This document shows, in pieces, positions 1-9,708 of a DNA stretch of 64,000 nucleotides (positions are counted from its first letter, which is position 1; every line of letters begins with the position of its first letter). Below the pieces are notes generated by a model. The model saw only the letters and a program-made list of their open reading frames with translations. It was not told where the DNA came from and ran no database searches. Both the position numbers and the translations under genes were made by a program. The stretch is from Planctomycetota bacterium (GTDB lineage: Bacteria > Planctomycetota > B15-G4 > JADJEK01): assembly GCA_044225365.1 (NCBI GenBank), contig JBGAIQ010000018.1, positions 48,119 through 112,118 on the forward strand, written 5' to 3'.

Positions 1-400
1 GCCACCGGCGCCCGCTTGCAGCGAGAGATAGGCGTTGCGGTAGTCGTGCTCCCCCGAAAGCATCAGGTTGAGCTCGAGCTTGTCGAGCGTCTGTTGTGCG
101 ACTTCGATGAGCTGGCGAGCTTCGTCGGCGGCCGCGGAGTCCTCGGACGCCAACTCGACCATGACTTCCGCATCCTCGAAGCGCTTCTCGAGGTTCTCGA
201 CCGGATCGAGGATCGCACGTAGCTTCTTCAGCGCATCGACGGTCTTCGCAGCCTGCTCCTGGTTGTTCCAGAAGTCGCTTGCACCCATCGTGTTCTCGAG
301 ACGCGTCCGCTCGGCCCGCAGTGCGGGAAGGTCAAAGACTCTCCTTGAGCTGGCCGACGCGGGTGCGAAGTTCGTGAAGACGATCCTGGAGTTCAGTCAT
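1..400 (-). CDS. prfB: Peptide chain release factor 2, 5' part (continues off the window edge), translated via programmed +1 frameshift
   Basis: ATG at 400 gives MTELQDRLHELRTRVGQLKESL then TGA. The +1 frame continues DLPALRAE...DFWNNQEQAAK...LMLSGEHDYRNAYLSLQAGAGG, the RF2 N-terminus. Missing from the ORF track because of the frameshift. Confidence 0.95.
331..346 (-). promoter_or_regulatory. RF2 +1 ribosomal frameshift signal (internal SD + CTT TGA C)
   Basis: Minus strand reads AAGGAG AGT CTT TGA C. CTT is codon 22, in frame with ATG 400. Confidence 0.95.
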
Positions 401-489
401 GAAGCGGCTCCGTGCTGGGGAACCACGGAGTCTATCAGCTGGGCGCGACGGACAACGCCGAACGAGACCGATTTCGAATCACGCGAAGA

Positions 490-1059
490 TCACGACGGAA
501 TCGCAGCCGCCGCGGATTGGATTCCCGCGACGATCGACTCCACGGTGGCGAGCCCACCCACACCCTCTTCCCCGCACGCAAGTCGCTTGCTTACCGGCTC
601 GACGATGCTGAAACGGTTCCCACCCACTTCGCGGATGCGGGTGAGATTCGACCGAACGAACGGGTTCTCCCACATCTGGGTATTCATGGCGGGCGCAAGG
701 ACGACGGGCTTGCCGGCCTCGAGAGCGAGGAGCAAGGAGCAAAGCGAGTCGGGAGCGAGGCCGTGAGCGAGGCGTCCGAGGAAATCGGCCGTCGCCGGCA
801 CGATCGCGACGAGATCCGCCCACCGCGCCCAAGCGATGTGGGGAATCGAGGGATCGGGAACGCCGTCGCTCGTGAGTTCTTCGACGAGGACGGAATGCCC
901 CGATAGCGAAGCAAACGTGAGGGGCGTCACGAATCTCGTCGCGGCGGAAGTCATCGCGTAGCGAATCTCGAATCCGAGTGCGCGCAACGGCGAGGCGAGA
1001 TCGCAGGCCTTGTAGGCCGCGATTCCACCGGTGACGCCGATCACGATCTTGTGAGGCAT
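490..1059 (-). CDS. coaC: Phosphopantothenoylcysteine decarboxylase (stand-alone CoaC flavoprotein)
   Basis: KIVIGVTGGIAAYKA, PATAD, PAMNTQMW and LACGEEGVGGLA motifs. Start re-set to MPHK (ATG 1059). Confidence 0.92.
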   Translation of the reverse strand: MPHKIVIGVTGGIAAYKACDLASPLRALGFEIRYAMTSAATRFVTPLTFASLSGHSVLVEELTSDGVPDPSIPHIAWARWADLVAIVPATADFLGRLAHGLAPDSLCSLLLALEAGKPVVLAPAMNTQMWENPFVRSNLTRIREVGGNRFSIVEPVSKRLACGEEGVGGLATVESIVAGIQSAAAAIPS

Positions 1060-1072
1060 GCTCTCTATCCCA

Positions 1073-1735
1073 TCACCCTTTCGCGACGAATGAAGAGGCC
1101 GCGAGTCGCTCCGCTTCGGCGACGAGGCCCGACCCGATCGCTCCGCGAGAGCCGAGGATCGTCGAGGATCCGTCACGGCGCAGCAGGTCGGCGCGATGTT
1201 CGTCGATGCCCACCTCTTCGAGCAGATTGGCGACGATGCCCTCGGCGCCGGCGCGCTCCATCGTGCGACGCGCGCGCGCGTGGAGTTCCTCGCGCGAGAT
1301 GCCCGACTCCAGTTTGAACAGGATCAGAGGGAGATCGGGCCGCATGCTCTTCACGCGATCGGCGATCTTCGGCGTCGGCCGCATCTCGATCACGAGTTCG
1401 GGGCGATCCGACTTGATCTTGCCATCGACCTTCACGGGCGCGTAGTCAGCGACCGCCGCCGCGTGGATCATCACGTCCGGTGCGCGCGCGGGATCGGTGA
1501 CGAGTCGCTCGAGCAGTTCGAGGAGCGACGCCGCACTTCCGAATTCGAATGCGCATACCTTTTCGCTCGCGGCGGGAACGAGAGACGACGCTCCGTGGAG
1601 GAACAAGACCTCGTGACCCGCGTGGCAGAACGCCTGAGCGACCGACACGCCGAGTCGGCCCGTGGAGACGTTCGACACGAATCGAACGTCGTCGATCGGT
1701 TCACGCGTGGGACCGGAAGTGATGAGTACGCGCAT
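1073..1735 (-). CDS. coaB: Phosphopantothenate--cysteine ligase (stand-alone CoaB)
   Basis: MRVLITSGPTREPIDDVRFVSNVSTGRLG, HAAAVADY, KIKS and FKLE motifs. SD GAAGAGG before ATG 1735. Confidence 0.92.
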   Translation of the reverse strand: MRVLITSGPTREPIDDVRFVSNVSTGRLGVSVAQAFCHAGHEVLFLHGASSLVPAASEKVCAFEFGSAASLLELLERLVTDPARAPDVMIHAAAVADYAPVKVDGKIKSDRPELVIEMRPTPKIADRVKSMRPDLPLILFKLESGISREELHARARRTMERAGAEGIVANLLEEVGIDEHRADLLRRDGSSTILGSRGAIGSGLVAEAERLAASSFVAKG

Positions 1736-1760
1736 GGCCTCTTCTCCGTCGCCGGGATGG

Positions 1761-1794
1761 TCGAAGGACGATTGCCCTTCGGTTCGTCCTTCGA
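1761..1794 (-). terminator. 11-bp inverted repeat downstream of the secreted-protein gene (terminator or 3' stabilising hairpin)
   Basis: TCGAAGGACGA (1761-1771) pairs with TCGTCCTTCGA (1784-1794). No clear U-tract. Confidence 0.45.
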
Positions 1795-1814
1795 TGCGGG
1801 AGGCCCGGCTGGAG

Positions 1815-2585
1815 TTACCGCTTCTTCGGCGGCATGTACGTGCTGGGCGCGTAGTCGGCGTGAATGTTGTCGAGGCCGATCTCACCCGGCGTGCCCGCAT
1901 TCTTCTGGAGCGCGAATCCGACGATCGGCTTGTTCGCAGAATTCGCGATCGTGCCAACGATGTGGACGTGGAAGGCGTCGAGTGGATCGATCGCTTCGCG
2001 TTCGATCACGTCGACGACGTACTGCCAATCGGCACTCGAGTCGGCACGAGAGTAGGTCGCCGTGAATCGCAGGTCGACGTTTTGCGGCACGACTTGACCC
2101 GTGTCCGTGCCGCCGACCCAGAGGATTCCGCCGTCGTCCGGACCAGTTGCGGGAACCATGTCCGACTGCGGAAGATCGATGACGATTCCAATCTCGAACG
2201 GAAGGTTCGACGCGCCGAGCGTGAAATCGGTGCCCGCGGTGACGATGCCCGTCGTGATCAACGAGTCGGACTTGAATTGACAAGCGACCGCCGTCGGCGA
2301 ACCGCCGGCGTTGAACGAATCGTCGATGACGAGCTTGTTGCCCTTCGTTCCATCGCTCTTGATCTTGACCGCATTTTGATCCGCGACGAAGACGTAGATC
2401 GAACCGACCGATGGGGTGAGCTTGCTGGTCGACGAGTCGAAATTCGCGTCGAAGATCGTCTGGGACACCGGCTTGGCGCCAGCAGCGATGGCGCCGTCGA
2501 GACCGCCCGTTGCGTACAAGGCCGTCGCCAGGGAGACGAGCGCGAGGCCACCAGAAACACGCAGGGCTCGTTGCGGGAGGGACAT
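1815..2585 (-). CDS. Hypothetical secreted beta-rich protein
   Basis: AAGGAG SD upstream. N-terminus MSLPQRALRVSGGLALVSLATALYA is signal-peptide-like, and the body is G/S/T/D-rich. Alternative start at 2591. Confidence 0.75.
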   Translation of the reverse strand: MSLPQRALRVSGGLALVSLATALYATGGLDGAIAAGAKPVSQTIFDANFDSSTSKLTPSVGSIYVFVADQNAVKIKSDGTKGNKLVIDDSFNAGGSPTAVACQFKSDSLITTGIVTAGTDFTLGASNLPFEIGIVIDLPQSDMVPATGPDDGGILWVGGTDTGQVVPQNVDLRFTATYSRADSSADWQYVVDVIEREAIDPLDAFHVHIVGTIANSANKPIVGFALQKNAGTPGEIGLDNIHADYAPSTYMPPKKR

Positions 2586-2724
2586 GCGCATCAGCTCCTT
2601 CAAAGGACCAAAAGCGTTCGCGCCTTTCGACACGTTCTGGCCCTCGACTTGAGCAATGTAACACATGCTTCTTTACCCTGCGGCAGCATAATCCAGGCTC
2701 GATCCACCATCGCCCGGCCACCGC

Positions 2725-5700
2725 TCATCGATGCGGTTCGGGTGGCTCGGTGGAATCGCTTGGTCCGCCCGAGGCGCCGCCTCGGATTCGTTCCAAGATC
2801 TTGTACATCCCACGGATCGAGATCCCGAGCCGACGTGCCGCTTCGGCCTTGTTGCCCCGCGTCGCCGCGAGCGCTTCCTCGACGATCGTCTTCTCGCAGG
2901 TAGCGAGGCGGTCGTGCAACGACCCATCGAGCCCACTGCCGAGCGGGGATTCGGCACGCACGGTCATCATGGGCGGCAGATCCGAGACTTCGACCAGGGG
3001 TTTATCGCCTCGCAGGAACAGTAGGCGTTTCACTTCGTTCTGCAGTTCGCGAACGTTGCCCGGCCAGGTGTACCGCTCGAGCACGGCGAGCGCTTCCTCG
3101 GTGAAGCGCCGTGGCGGGATCTGTCCCGCGTTGCGAATCTCCTGAATCAGATGATCGATCAGCAGTCGCACGTCGCCTTCGCGTTCGCGCAGGGGTGGCA
3201 ACTCCACCTGCGCCACTCCGATGCGGAAGTAGAGATCCTGCCGGAACGACTGCGCCTGGATCATCGCCTTCAAGTCGCGGTGCGTCGCGCAGATGATCCG
3301 AACATCGACCTGGATCGGATCCTTGCCGCCGAGGCGGTGGAACTCGCCGTACTGGATCACACGCAGCAATCTCTTCTGCACCTCCGGACTCATGTCGCCG
3401 ATCTCGTCGAGGAAGAGACTGCCCTCGTGTGCGACCTCGAAGAAGCCCTTGTGATCGCGATCCGCGCCCGTGAACGCTCCCTTCATGTACCCGAAGAGCT
3501 CGGATTCGATGAGGGACTCCGTCATCGCGGCGCAGTTCACGGCGACGAAGTTCTTGGACTTGCGCGGACCGTTGTAGTGCACCGCGCGAGCGATCAACTC
3601 CTTGCCGGTCCCGCTCTCGCCCTGGATGAGGACGGGGAAGTCTGTCTCCGTGATGCGATCGATGAGCTTCAGAACCTCGCGCATCTTGGGACTCTGGGTG
3701 GCGATGTTCCGATAGTCGTATCGCAGTTCCTGCATGCGACGCTCGGCTTCGATCGTGTCCTTGGCCTCGGTGAGCTCACGCTCCTGTGCCTTCACCCGTC
3801 GCATCAACTCGGCATTCAGACGCTCGTTCTCCTGCTTCGCGCGCAACAGATCGTTCGTTCGCTCGAGATTCTCCTGGTAGAGGCGAGCCCGTTCGAGCGC
3901 GATGCCCGCGGCCCATGCGAAATCGGTGAGAACGGCGAGTTCACTCGAGTCGAAGCGATCGACGACGTCGGGATGATCGAGATAGATGCTGCCGAGCACC
4001 TCGTTGCGACTGCGTAACGGCACGCACAGGATCGAGAGGACTCGAAGTTCGTGGATCGACGCGATCGAGCGCAGACGGGTGTCGGAGAGAGCGTTCGAGG
4101 TGAGGATCGGCTCCCCCGTGCGTGCGACTCCGCAGGCGATCGAGTGACTGATCTCGATCTCGGGGTGAGCGACGTCTTGCTGCGAGAAGTTGCGAGCGAC
4201 TTTCACTTCGAGTTGCGCGCCGCGCACGAGCACGAGGAATCCGCGCCGCGCCCCGCACAGACCGATCGAGGAATCGAGGATCAGGTTGAGCAGGCGCTGT
4301 GGATCGAGTTCCGAGTTGATGGCCTTGTTGATCTCGATCAACCGCTCCATCCCGCGCATCCGGCGATCGAGGCCGGCGAATCCGACGGTTCCGGATCCTC
4401 GTGTCTCGACGGCTGCGAGATCGCTCCACCAATCCGTGGCGAAGTGGCCTGCACCCGCAAACGTGAGCCGGCCGAAGGTCTCGCGTGCGGCATCGGCGTC
4501 GGAGCGCGCGCCGCCGAGCAGACTCGCCGCCGTCCCCGCGTCTCCCGCCGAACGCGACTGCGCGAGGAGGCGCCCGCGACGCAATCGCGACGATCCACGG
4601 AGCGAAACGACGATCGCCCGCTCGAGCGCGAGGCCGGGCGCCATGACTCGCGCGAGGGCGGTCTCGAAATCGGCATCGACCGCGGCGTCTAGTCGTTCTA
4701 CGGAATTCACCGCTCGAATCGCGATCAACTGCGCCAGTAGCCCGTCCTGCTCGTCGAAAACACCGATCTCGAGACCGGATGAAACGGCCGTCTCGCAAGC
4801 GTCCCGATCACCGCTCCGCAACTCCGCGACGGCGATCGCGAGCCACGCCTCGGCCTCGAGGCGCGTTGCGCTGCGCGAACCCGATTCGGCCAGCAACCTC
4901 TTCGCGATGCGACGAGCCCGTTGCGGCCGACCTCGAAAGGCATGGAACTCGGCAACTGCGAGGAGGATCTCGCTTCCGAACGACGAAGAAGCATCGATCC
5001 GACTCGCGCGCAGCGCGGCAGCGAAGCGTACGCGTGCCTCGCGCTGTGCTCCGCGCCACGCCAGCAATCGACCGAACGCGGCGATCCCCACGGCGACGAA
5101 CGCCGGCGAACCGCACAGACGGCGCAGATCGATGCTCTCACGGAGCATCCGTTCCGCGACGTCGAAGTTGCCGCTGCGCATTTCGGTATCGGCGCCGTAG
5201 CGCAGGAACGCCGCCCGACTTTGCTGCGTCGAGGCGCGCGAGAAGAGTCGCTTCCCGCGTAGCAGTGACGCACGCGCCGCCGACAGGTCGCCCACCAGGT
5301 TCTCAGCATGGATCAACAGGATGAGCGCGTTCTCGGCTTGCGCCGGAATCGCGGCCGCTTCGAATGCCTCGACCGCCGCCTGGATGCGATCGATCGCTTG
5401 GCCGCCGCGACCGCGCAGGAGCAGCAGCCGTCCGAGATTCGACGATGCATGCGCGAAGATCTCAGCGCGCCCGATCCGCTCGCCCACCTCGGCCGCACGG
5501 TCGTACGCGGCGGCAGCCCCGTCGAAGTCTCCGAGATCGGAGAGTGCGCTCGCGCGCTCCATCCATGCCGAAGCGAGTTCCGGGGACGGTGCGACACCCG
5601 CCGCTTCGATCGCACGCGCCGCCGCTTCCGCGGCATCGCGCGGGCGACCCCGCTTGCGATGGATCTGGGATTCGACCGCGGAGAGAACGGCTCGCGTGGT

Positions 5701-7917
5701 TCCGAGCGCGCCTTCGACCGTCCGCCCTCGCGCGATCTCGGCCTCGGCTTCATCGAATGCGCCGCGACGGAGTTGGGAGCGCGCGAGGATCGCGTGACAA
5801 CGCACGACGTCGTCCGCCGCTTCGGGACCGATCCGGGCAGACTCGCCGGAGCCGAGAGCGAGCGCGAGCGATTCGGTCGCGTGCGTGATCGCGCGCTCGT
5901 TGTCGCCAAGGAACGACGCGCAATCGGCGAGCGATCGCAACGCACGCCGCCGCGTGGAGTCCGTCGGCACGGATCGCCCGGAATCCTCGAGGACGTGCAT
6001 GAGGAAACGGGTCGCTTCCTTGGCGCGACCCGCGGCTCGGAGCTCGATGGCCGCGTCCAGCATCTCCCGCACTCCGAGATCGCGATCGCCCGAGTGCGAG
6101 AGGAGGAGACCCGCTTCCGCCTTGCGCAACGAATCGGGATGGATCTCACGCAGGATCGCGGCTCCGATCGCTCGCTGCCGAACGATGACGGCCGCTGGAG
6201 TCGCCGTCCGGGTGGCGGCGAGCGCGAGCGCGTGGCTTGCGAGGGCGACCCGCTGATCCACGTCGCGCGTGACGCAACGACGTTCGATCAGTCGATCGAG
6301 CGCGAGAGGCGCAGCGGCACTCGACAGGCTGGGATGATTCGCCGCGACGAGCGTCGGATCGACTGCGAGCGGGGCGAATGCGAGGGTTCCCACCCATTCC
6401 GTTTCGAGCGCGGAGCAGGTCGCGAGTTGGAGCGATGCGGATTCGAGGGCTGCCGGATCCGCCACGAGGGGAATCGGGCGCCAACTCTCGACCAGGACAC
6501 CGCCGGTGACCGCGCGGATCACCCCACACTCCACGAGGTGAGCGAGGCCCCGCCGCACGCCGAAGGGTGTGAAGCCGCGCGGACCTCTCAGCGCAGGCAA
6601 AATTGCATCGGGCAATTCGATTTCGAGCGTCTTGCTCACCGCTTCGCGAACTTCCGCCTCGGTAGGACTCGCCACCTCGATGAGGATCGGCATCGCGTCG
6701 CGGATCGCACTCGGTAGAGGACTCTCGTCGTCGAGCAAAACGACGGTGCGTGCCGGCAACGCCGTGAGGGCGGTGGTGAATCCGTCGCTCGAGAACGCAG
6801 CAGCCGCATCGCGAAGGTCGATCCAGGCCGACGAAGGCGATGGCGATCCCGGCTCGTTCCGTCGCGAGAGCGGCGAGAGATCGACGCCCCGCGCTGCGAG
6901 ATCGACCCGCAGTCGAGTCACGAGGTCATCGCTCCCACTCGGGAGCGCGATGACGACGGGACTCCTCCCGGGCGACAGATCCGTCGCGATTCGAACCGCC
7001 AGGTCCCGTTCGTCGCTGAATGGAATCGAACGAACGCGGGCGAGCATGTCTTCGTGCGGCGCGGCGACGCTCGCATGCCGAACCACCGGCGAGATGCGCT
7101 CGAGGAGGTCCACCACCTCCTCCGCAGAACCGAGCCGACGATCGGGCTCCCGGCGAAGCAGCGCGGCGACGAGTTCGTCGAGTCCCGCGGGCAACGACTT
7201 GGCGATCGCTCTCGGGAGTTCGATGTCGGAGGCGAGGTGACGGCGAAGGACCTCCACTGCGTCGTCGCCGTGAGTCGGTGGTTCACCGACCAGCAGTTCG
7301 TAGATCACGATCCCGAGCGAGTAGAGGTCCGACCGAGTCGTCGCCCGTTGCCCATCGATGATCTCGGGAGCGAGATAGCGCAACGTCCCGCTGCCCCGCG
7401 ACGAGTCCGTAGCGGTCGTCGCGAACCCGAAGTCGATGAGAACCGCCCGCGAGCCGTCCGAACCCTCGCCCCGGCAAACCAGGATGTTCGCCGGTTTGAG
7501 ATCGCGATGAAGGACGCCGCGGCGATGCACGAACGCGAGAGCCCGCGCGACCTCGGCGATACGAGAGAGCAGGACGTCGATCTTCGACTCGCTTGCGAGA
7601 CTCCTCGTCGCCTCCAGAAGGTCGGCTCCGTCGAGAAATTCGTACACCGCGACGAACTCCCCGGATTCGGCGTCGAAGAAAGCGTCGAGGAGCCGGACGA
7701 TCCCGGGATGCGAAACGCCCGCGAGCAATCGCGCTTCGCTGCGCGCGGCGCTTGCGCGATCGCTCGGGAATCGCTTCAAAGCGACCCGAGTTCCGGCTCG
7801 AGAATCGACCGCGAGCTCGACGCGGCCACTCGCACCTTCTCCCAGGAGGCGGAGCGGCGTATAAGAGAGCGGTTTGCCCTCGGACTCGTGGAACTCGGTA
7901 CGGTCGGCGTCGGTCAT
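2725..7917 (-). CDS. Hanks-type Ser/Thr kinase fused to TPR region, GAF, sigma54-interaction AAA+ domain and Fis-type HTH
   Basis: Kinase motifs LGEGASG, VALK, HRDLKPANIL, DFG, YLAPE, DLYSLG. Then Ala-rich TPR-like helices and a GAF (SILCVPLR...GSIYLD). AAA+ motifs GESGTGKE, GAFTGA, FLDEIG, WPGNVREL. HTH GNKAEAARRLGIS. Confidence 0.92.
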   Translation of the reverse strand: MTDADRTEFHESEGKPLSYTPLRLLGEGASGRVELAVDSRAGTRVALKRFPSDRASAARSEARLLAGVSHPGIVRLLDAFFDAESGEFVAVYEFLDGADLLEATRSLASESKIDVLLSRIAEVARALAFVHRRGVLHRDLKPANILVCRGEGSDGSRAVLIDFGFATTATDSSRGSGTLRYLAPEIIDGQRATTRSDLYSLGIVIYELLVGEPPTHGDDAVEVLRRHLASDIELPRAIAKSLPAGLDELVAALLRREPDRRLGSAEEVVDLLERISPVVRHASVAAPHEDMLARVRSIPFSDERDLAVRIATDLSPGRSPVVIALPSGSDDLVTRLRVDLAARGVDLSPLSRRNEPGSPSPSSAWIDLRDAAAAFSSDGFTTALTALPARTVVLLDDESPLPSAIRDAMPILIEVASPTEAEVREAVSKTLEIELPDAILPALRGPRGFTPFGVRRGLAHLVECGVIRAVTGGVLVESWRPIPLVADPAALESASLQLATCSALETEWVGTLAFAPLAVDPTLVAANHPSLSSAAAPLALDRLIERRCVTRDVDQRVALASHALALAATRTATPAAVIVRQRAIGAAILREIHPDSLRKAEAGLLLSHSGDRDLGVREMLDAAIELRAAGRAKEATRFLMHVLEDSGRSVPTDSTRRRALRSLADCASFLGDNERAITHATESLALALGSGESARIGPEAADDVVRCHAILARSQLRRGAFDEAEAEIARGRTVEGALGTTRAVLSAVESQIHRKRGRPRDAAEAAARAIEAAGVAPSPELASAWMERASALSDLGDFDGAAAAYDRAAEVGERIGRAEIFAHASSNLGRLLLLRGRGGQAIDRIQAAVEAFEAAAIPAQAENALILLIHAENLVGDLSAARASLLRGKRLFSRASTQQSRAAFLRYGADTEMRSGNFDVAERMLRESIDLRRLCGSPAFVAVGIAAFGRLLAWRGAQREARVRFAAALRASRIDASSSFGSEILLAVAEFHAFRGRPQRARRIAKRLLAESGSRSATRLEAEAWLAIAVAELRSGDRDACETAVSSGLEIGVFDEQDGLLAQLIAIRAVNSVERLDAAVDADFETALARVMAPGLALERAIVVSLRGSSRLRRGRLLAQSRSAGDAGTAASLLGGARSDADAARETFGRLTFAGAGHFATDWWSDLAAVETRGSGTVGFAGLDRRMRGMERLIEINKAINSELDPQRLLNLILDSSIGLCGARRGFLVLVRGAQLEVKVARNFSQQDVAHPEIEISHSIACGVARTGEPILTSNALSDTRLRSIASIHELRVLSILCVPLRSRNEVLGSIYLDHPDVVDRFDSSELAVLTDFAWAAGIALERARLYQENLERTNDLLRAKQENERLNAELMRRVKAQERELTEAKDTIEAERRMQELRYDYRNIATQSPKMREVLKLIDRITETDFPVLIQGESGTGKELIARAVHYNGPRKSKNFVAVNCAAMTESLIESELFGYMKGAFTGADRDHKGFFEVAHEGSLFLDEIGDMSPEVQKRLLRVIQYGEFHRLGGKDPIQVDVRIICATHRDLKAMIQAQSFRQDLYFRIGVAQVELPPLREREGDVRLLIDHLIQEIRNAGQIPPRRFTEEALAVLERYTWPGNVRELQNEVKRLLFLRGDKPLVEVSDLPPMMTVRAESPLGSGLDGSLHDRLATCEKTIVEEALAATRGNKAEAARRLGISIRGMYKILERIRGGASGGPSDSTEPPEPHR

Positions 7918-8062
7918 TTCGCTGGCCGATCATTCTACGGTCGCCGGGCAACGATCGAAGCGCAACGTTTTCAGCGTTGTCGGTCGAACCGTTCCCGAGG
8001 GATTGCCGTTCCTCGAGAACTCACTTCGGATTCGCGCATGGGTGGACGAGCAGGAGCAGAGG

Positions 8063-9583
8063 ATGAAGTACGGAAGTAGCACTCGCTGGGCCCTCACTTG
8101 CGCCGCGGTATTCGTCGCGGCGTCGATCGCCCGCGCCGACATCGTCTTCCTCAAGGACGGGAAGAAGGTCGAAGGCAAGATCACGCACAAGGACGACGCG
8201 CAGATCACGCTCGTGACCAAGCTCGGCCCGATGACGTTGAAGACCGCGGACATCGATCACATCGAAGCCGGTCGCACTCCCGAGGAGGAGGTGGCGTATC
8301 GGGTCGATCAAGCGAAGGGAGATGCCGCGAAGTTGTGGGACGCGGCGATGTACGCCCGCGAGAAGAAGCTGACCAAGCAGTTCAAGGAGATCGCGGCCTC
8401 CGTGGTGAAGGCCGATCCGAATCACAAAGAAGCGAACCAGGCGCTCGGCAACATCGAAGAGAATGGGAAGTGGTACACGCCGGCCGACTACGAGAAGGCC
8501 CAAGCGAAGTACGCCGCGCAGATGAAGGCGGAGGGCAAGGAATTCATTGAGGGGCTGTGGATGCCTCACGACAAGGCGCAGATCTACCGCGGCTACGAGA
8601 AGGATCCGGAGACCGGAGAGTTCCTCCAACCCGTCGAGATCTATCGCAAGAAGTGGGCGAAACTCACGAAGCCGCTGCTCGGGATCGAACTCCAGACCAA
8701 GGAATCGGAGCACTTCGTCCTGCGCAGCAATCTCCCGGAAGACACCCAAGCGAACATCCTGAGCGTGCTCGAAGCCTGCACGATGCACTTCTACGACCTG
8801 TTCAAGCTGAACGCGAAGGAGCATCGCGTCATGGACGGTAGTCCGTTCATCGGGCGACCGACCGCCGTCTACGTCCTTCCGGACATCGGAGTCGTTCCGA
8901 AGTTCGTCGAGACCGGCGGCTACATGGAACAGATCTACAACACGCCGAAGGGCGTGAACGAGCGCTACACCACGGACAACTCGTTCCCCGTTTTCTTCCC
9001 GAGCCCGCTGATCGTCACGTCCCTGGGCGCCCATCTCATCAGCGGCCAGGAGGTGAGTCTCAACGGCTACCTGACGAACCTCGAGGGCAACATGCTGATC
9101 CGCCGCTTCAAGCGCGGCGGCAAGGTGCCGGGGTGGGTCGAGGCCGGGATCACGTATTACTTCGAGGCGCGCTTCAACAACTACGCGACGCTCACGCTCG
9201 CCGAGTTCGCGGGATACGAGAACGTCCACCCCATCGATGACAGCTTGCTCTCGTTCCAGGCGTGGTATCAACGCGCGGCGGATCCGCAGTTCCGAGCGAC
9301 TCTCCCCACCTACGAGTCGATGCGCAAGCACCCGATCGAGGAACTCGACGCCGTGTCGATCGTGAAGTCTTACTTCCTCGTTCGCTGGCTCCTCGACACC
9401 GATACCGATCGCTTCGTCGATTACGTCCGCAAGGCCTACGAACAGAACACCGACGTACGACCGATCAAGGAGACGTCGGAGGAGCAGGCCTTCAAGGAAG
9501 TCTTCAAGATGACGGCGGACGAATTCGACGCCAAATTCCTCGACTGGCTCGCCAAGAACCCCCCGGTCCCAGCCCCGTTCTAG
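8063..9583 (+). CDS. Secreted protein, possible inactive peptidase-MA/DUF1570-like fold
   Basis: Signal peptide ending ARA-DIVFLKDGKKVEGKI. SD GGAG/GAGG before ATG 8063. C-terminal PGWVEAGITYY and KSYFLVRWLL segments. Confidence 0.8.
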   Translation: MKYGSSTRWALTCAAVFVAASIARADIVFLKDGKKVEGKITHKDDAQITLVTKLGPMTLKTADIDHIEAGRTPEEEVAYRVDQAKGDAAKLWDAAMYAREKKLTKQFKEIAASVVKADPNHKEANQALGNIEENGKWYTPADYEKAQAKYAAQMKAEGKEFIEGLWMPHDKAQIYRGYEKDPETGEFLQPVEIYRKKWAKLTKPLLGIELQTKESEHFVLRSNLPEDTQANILSVLEACTMHFYDLFKLNAKEHRVMDGSPFIGRPTAVYVLPDIGVVPKFVETGGYMEQIYNTPKGVNERYTTDNSFPVFFPSPLIVTSLGAHLISGQEVSLNGYLTNLEGNMLIRRFKRGGKVPGWVEAGITYYFEARFNNYATLTLAEFAGYENVHPIDDSLLSFQAWYQRAADPQFRATLPTYESMRKHPIEELDAVSIVKSYFLVRWLLDTDTDRFVDYVRKAYEQNTDVRPIKETSEEQAFKEVFKMTADEFDAKFLDWLAKNPPVPAPF

Positions 9584-9708
9584 AGCACTCCTTCGTCACG
9601 ACGACCTGAACGAACGCATCGAAGTCGTTCCTCGAGCGTATACTGTGCCCGTCCACCCGTGGCACAATCCCGCTCGATTGCAACTCGTATTCGAGGCTGA
9701 AGGCCGTA

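Noticed and set aside
9660-9674. Sigma54 promoter TGGCACAATCCCGCT before the second secreted paralogue
   Set aside because: GG-to-GC spacing is 9, not the required 10.
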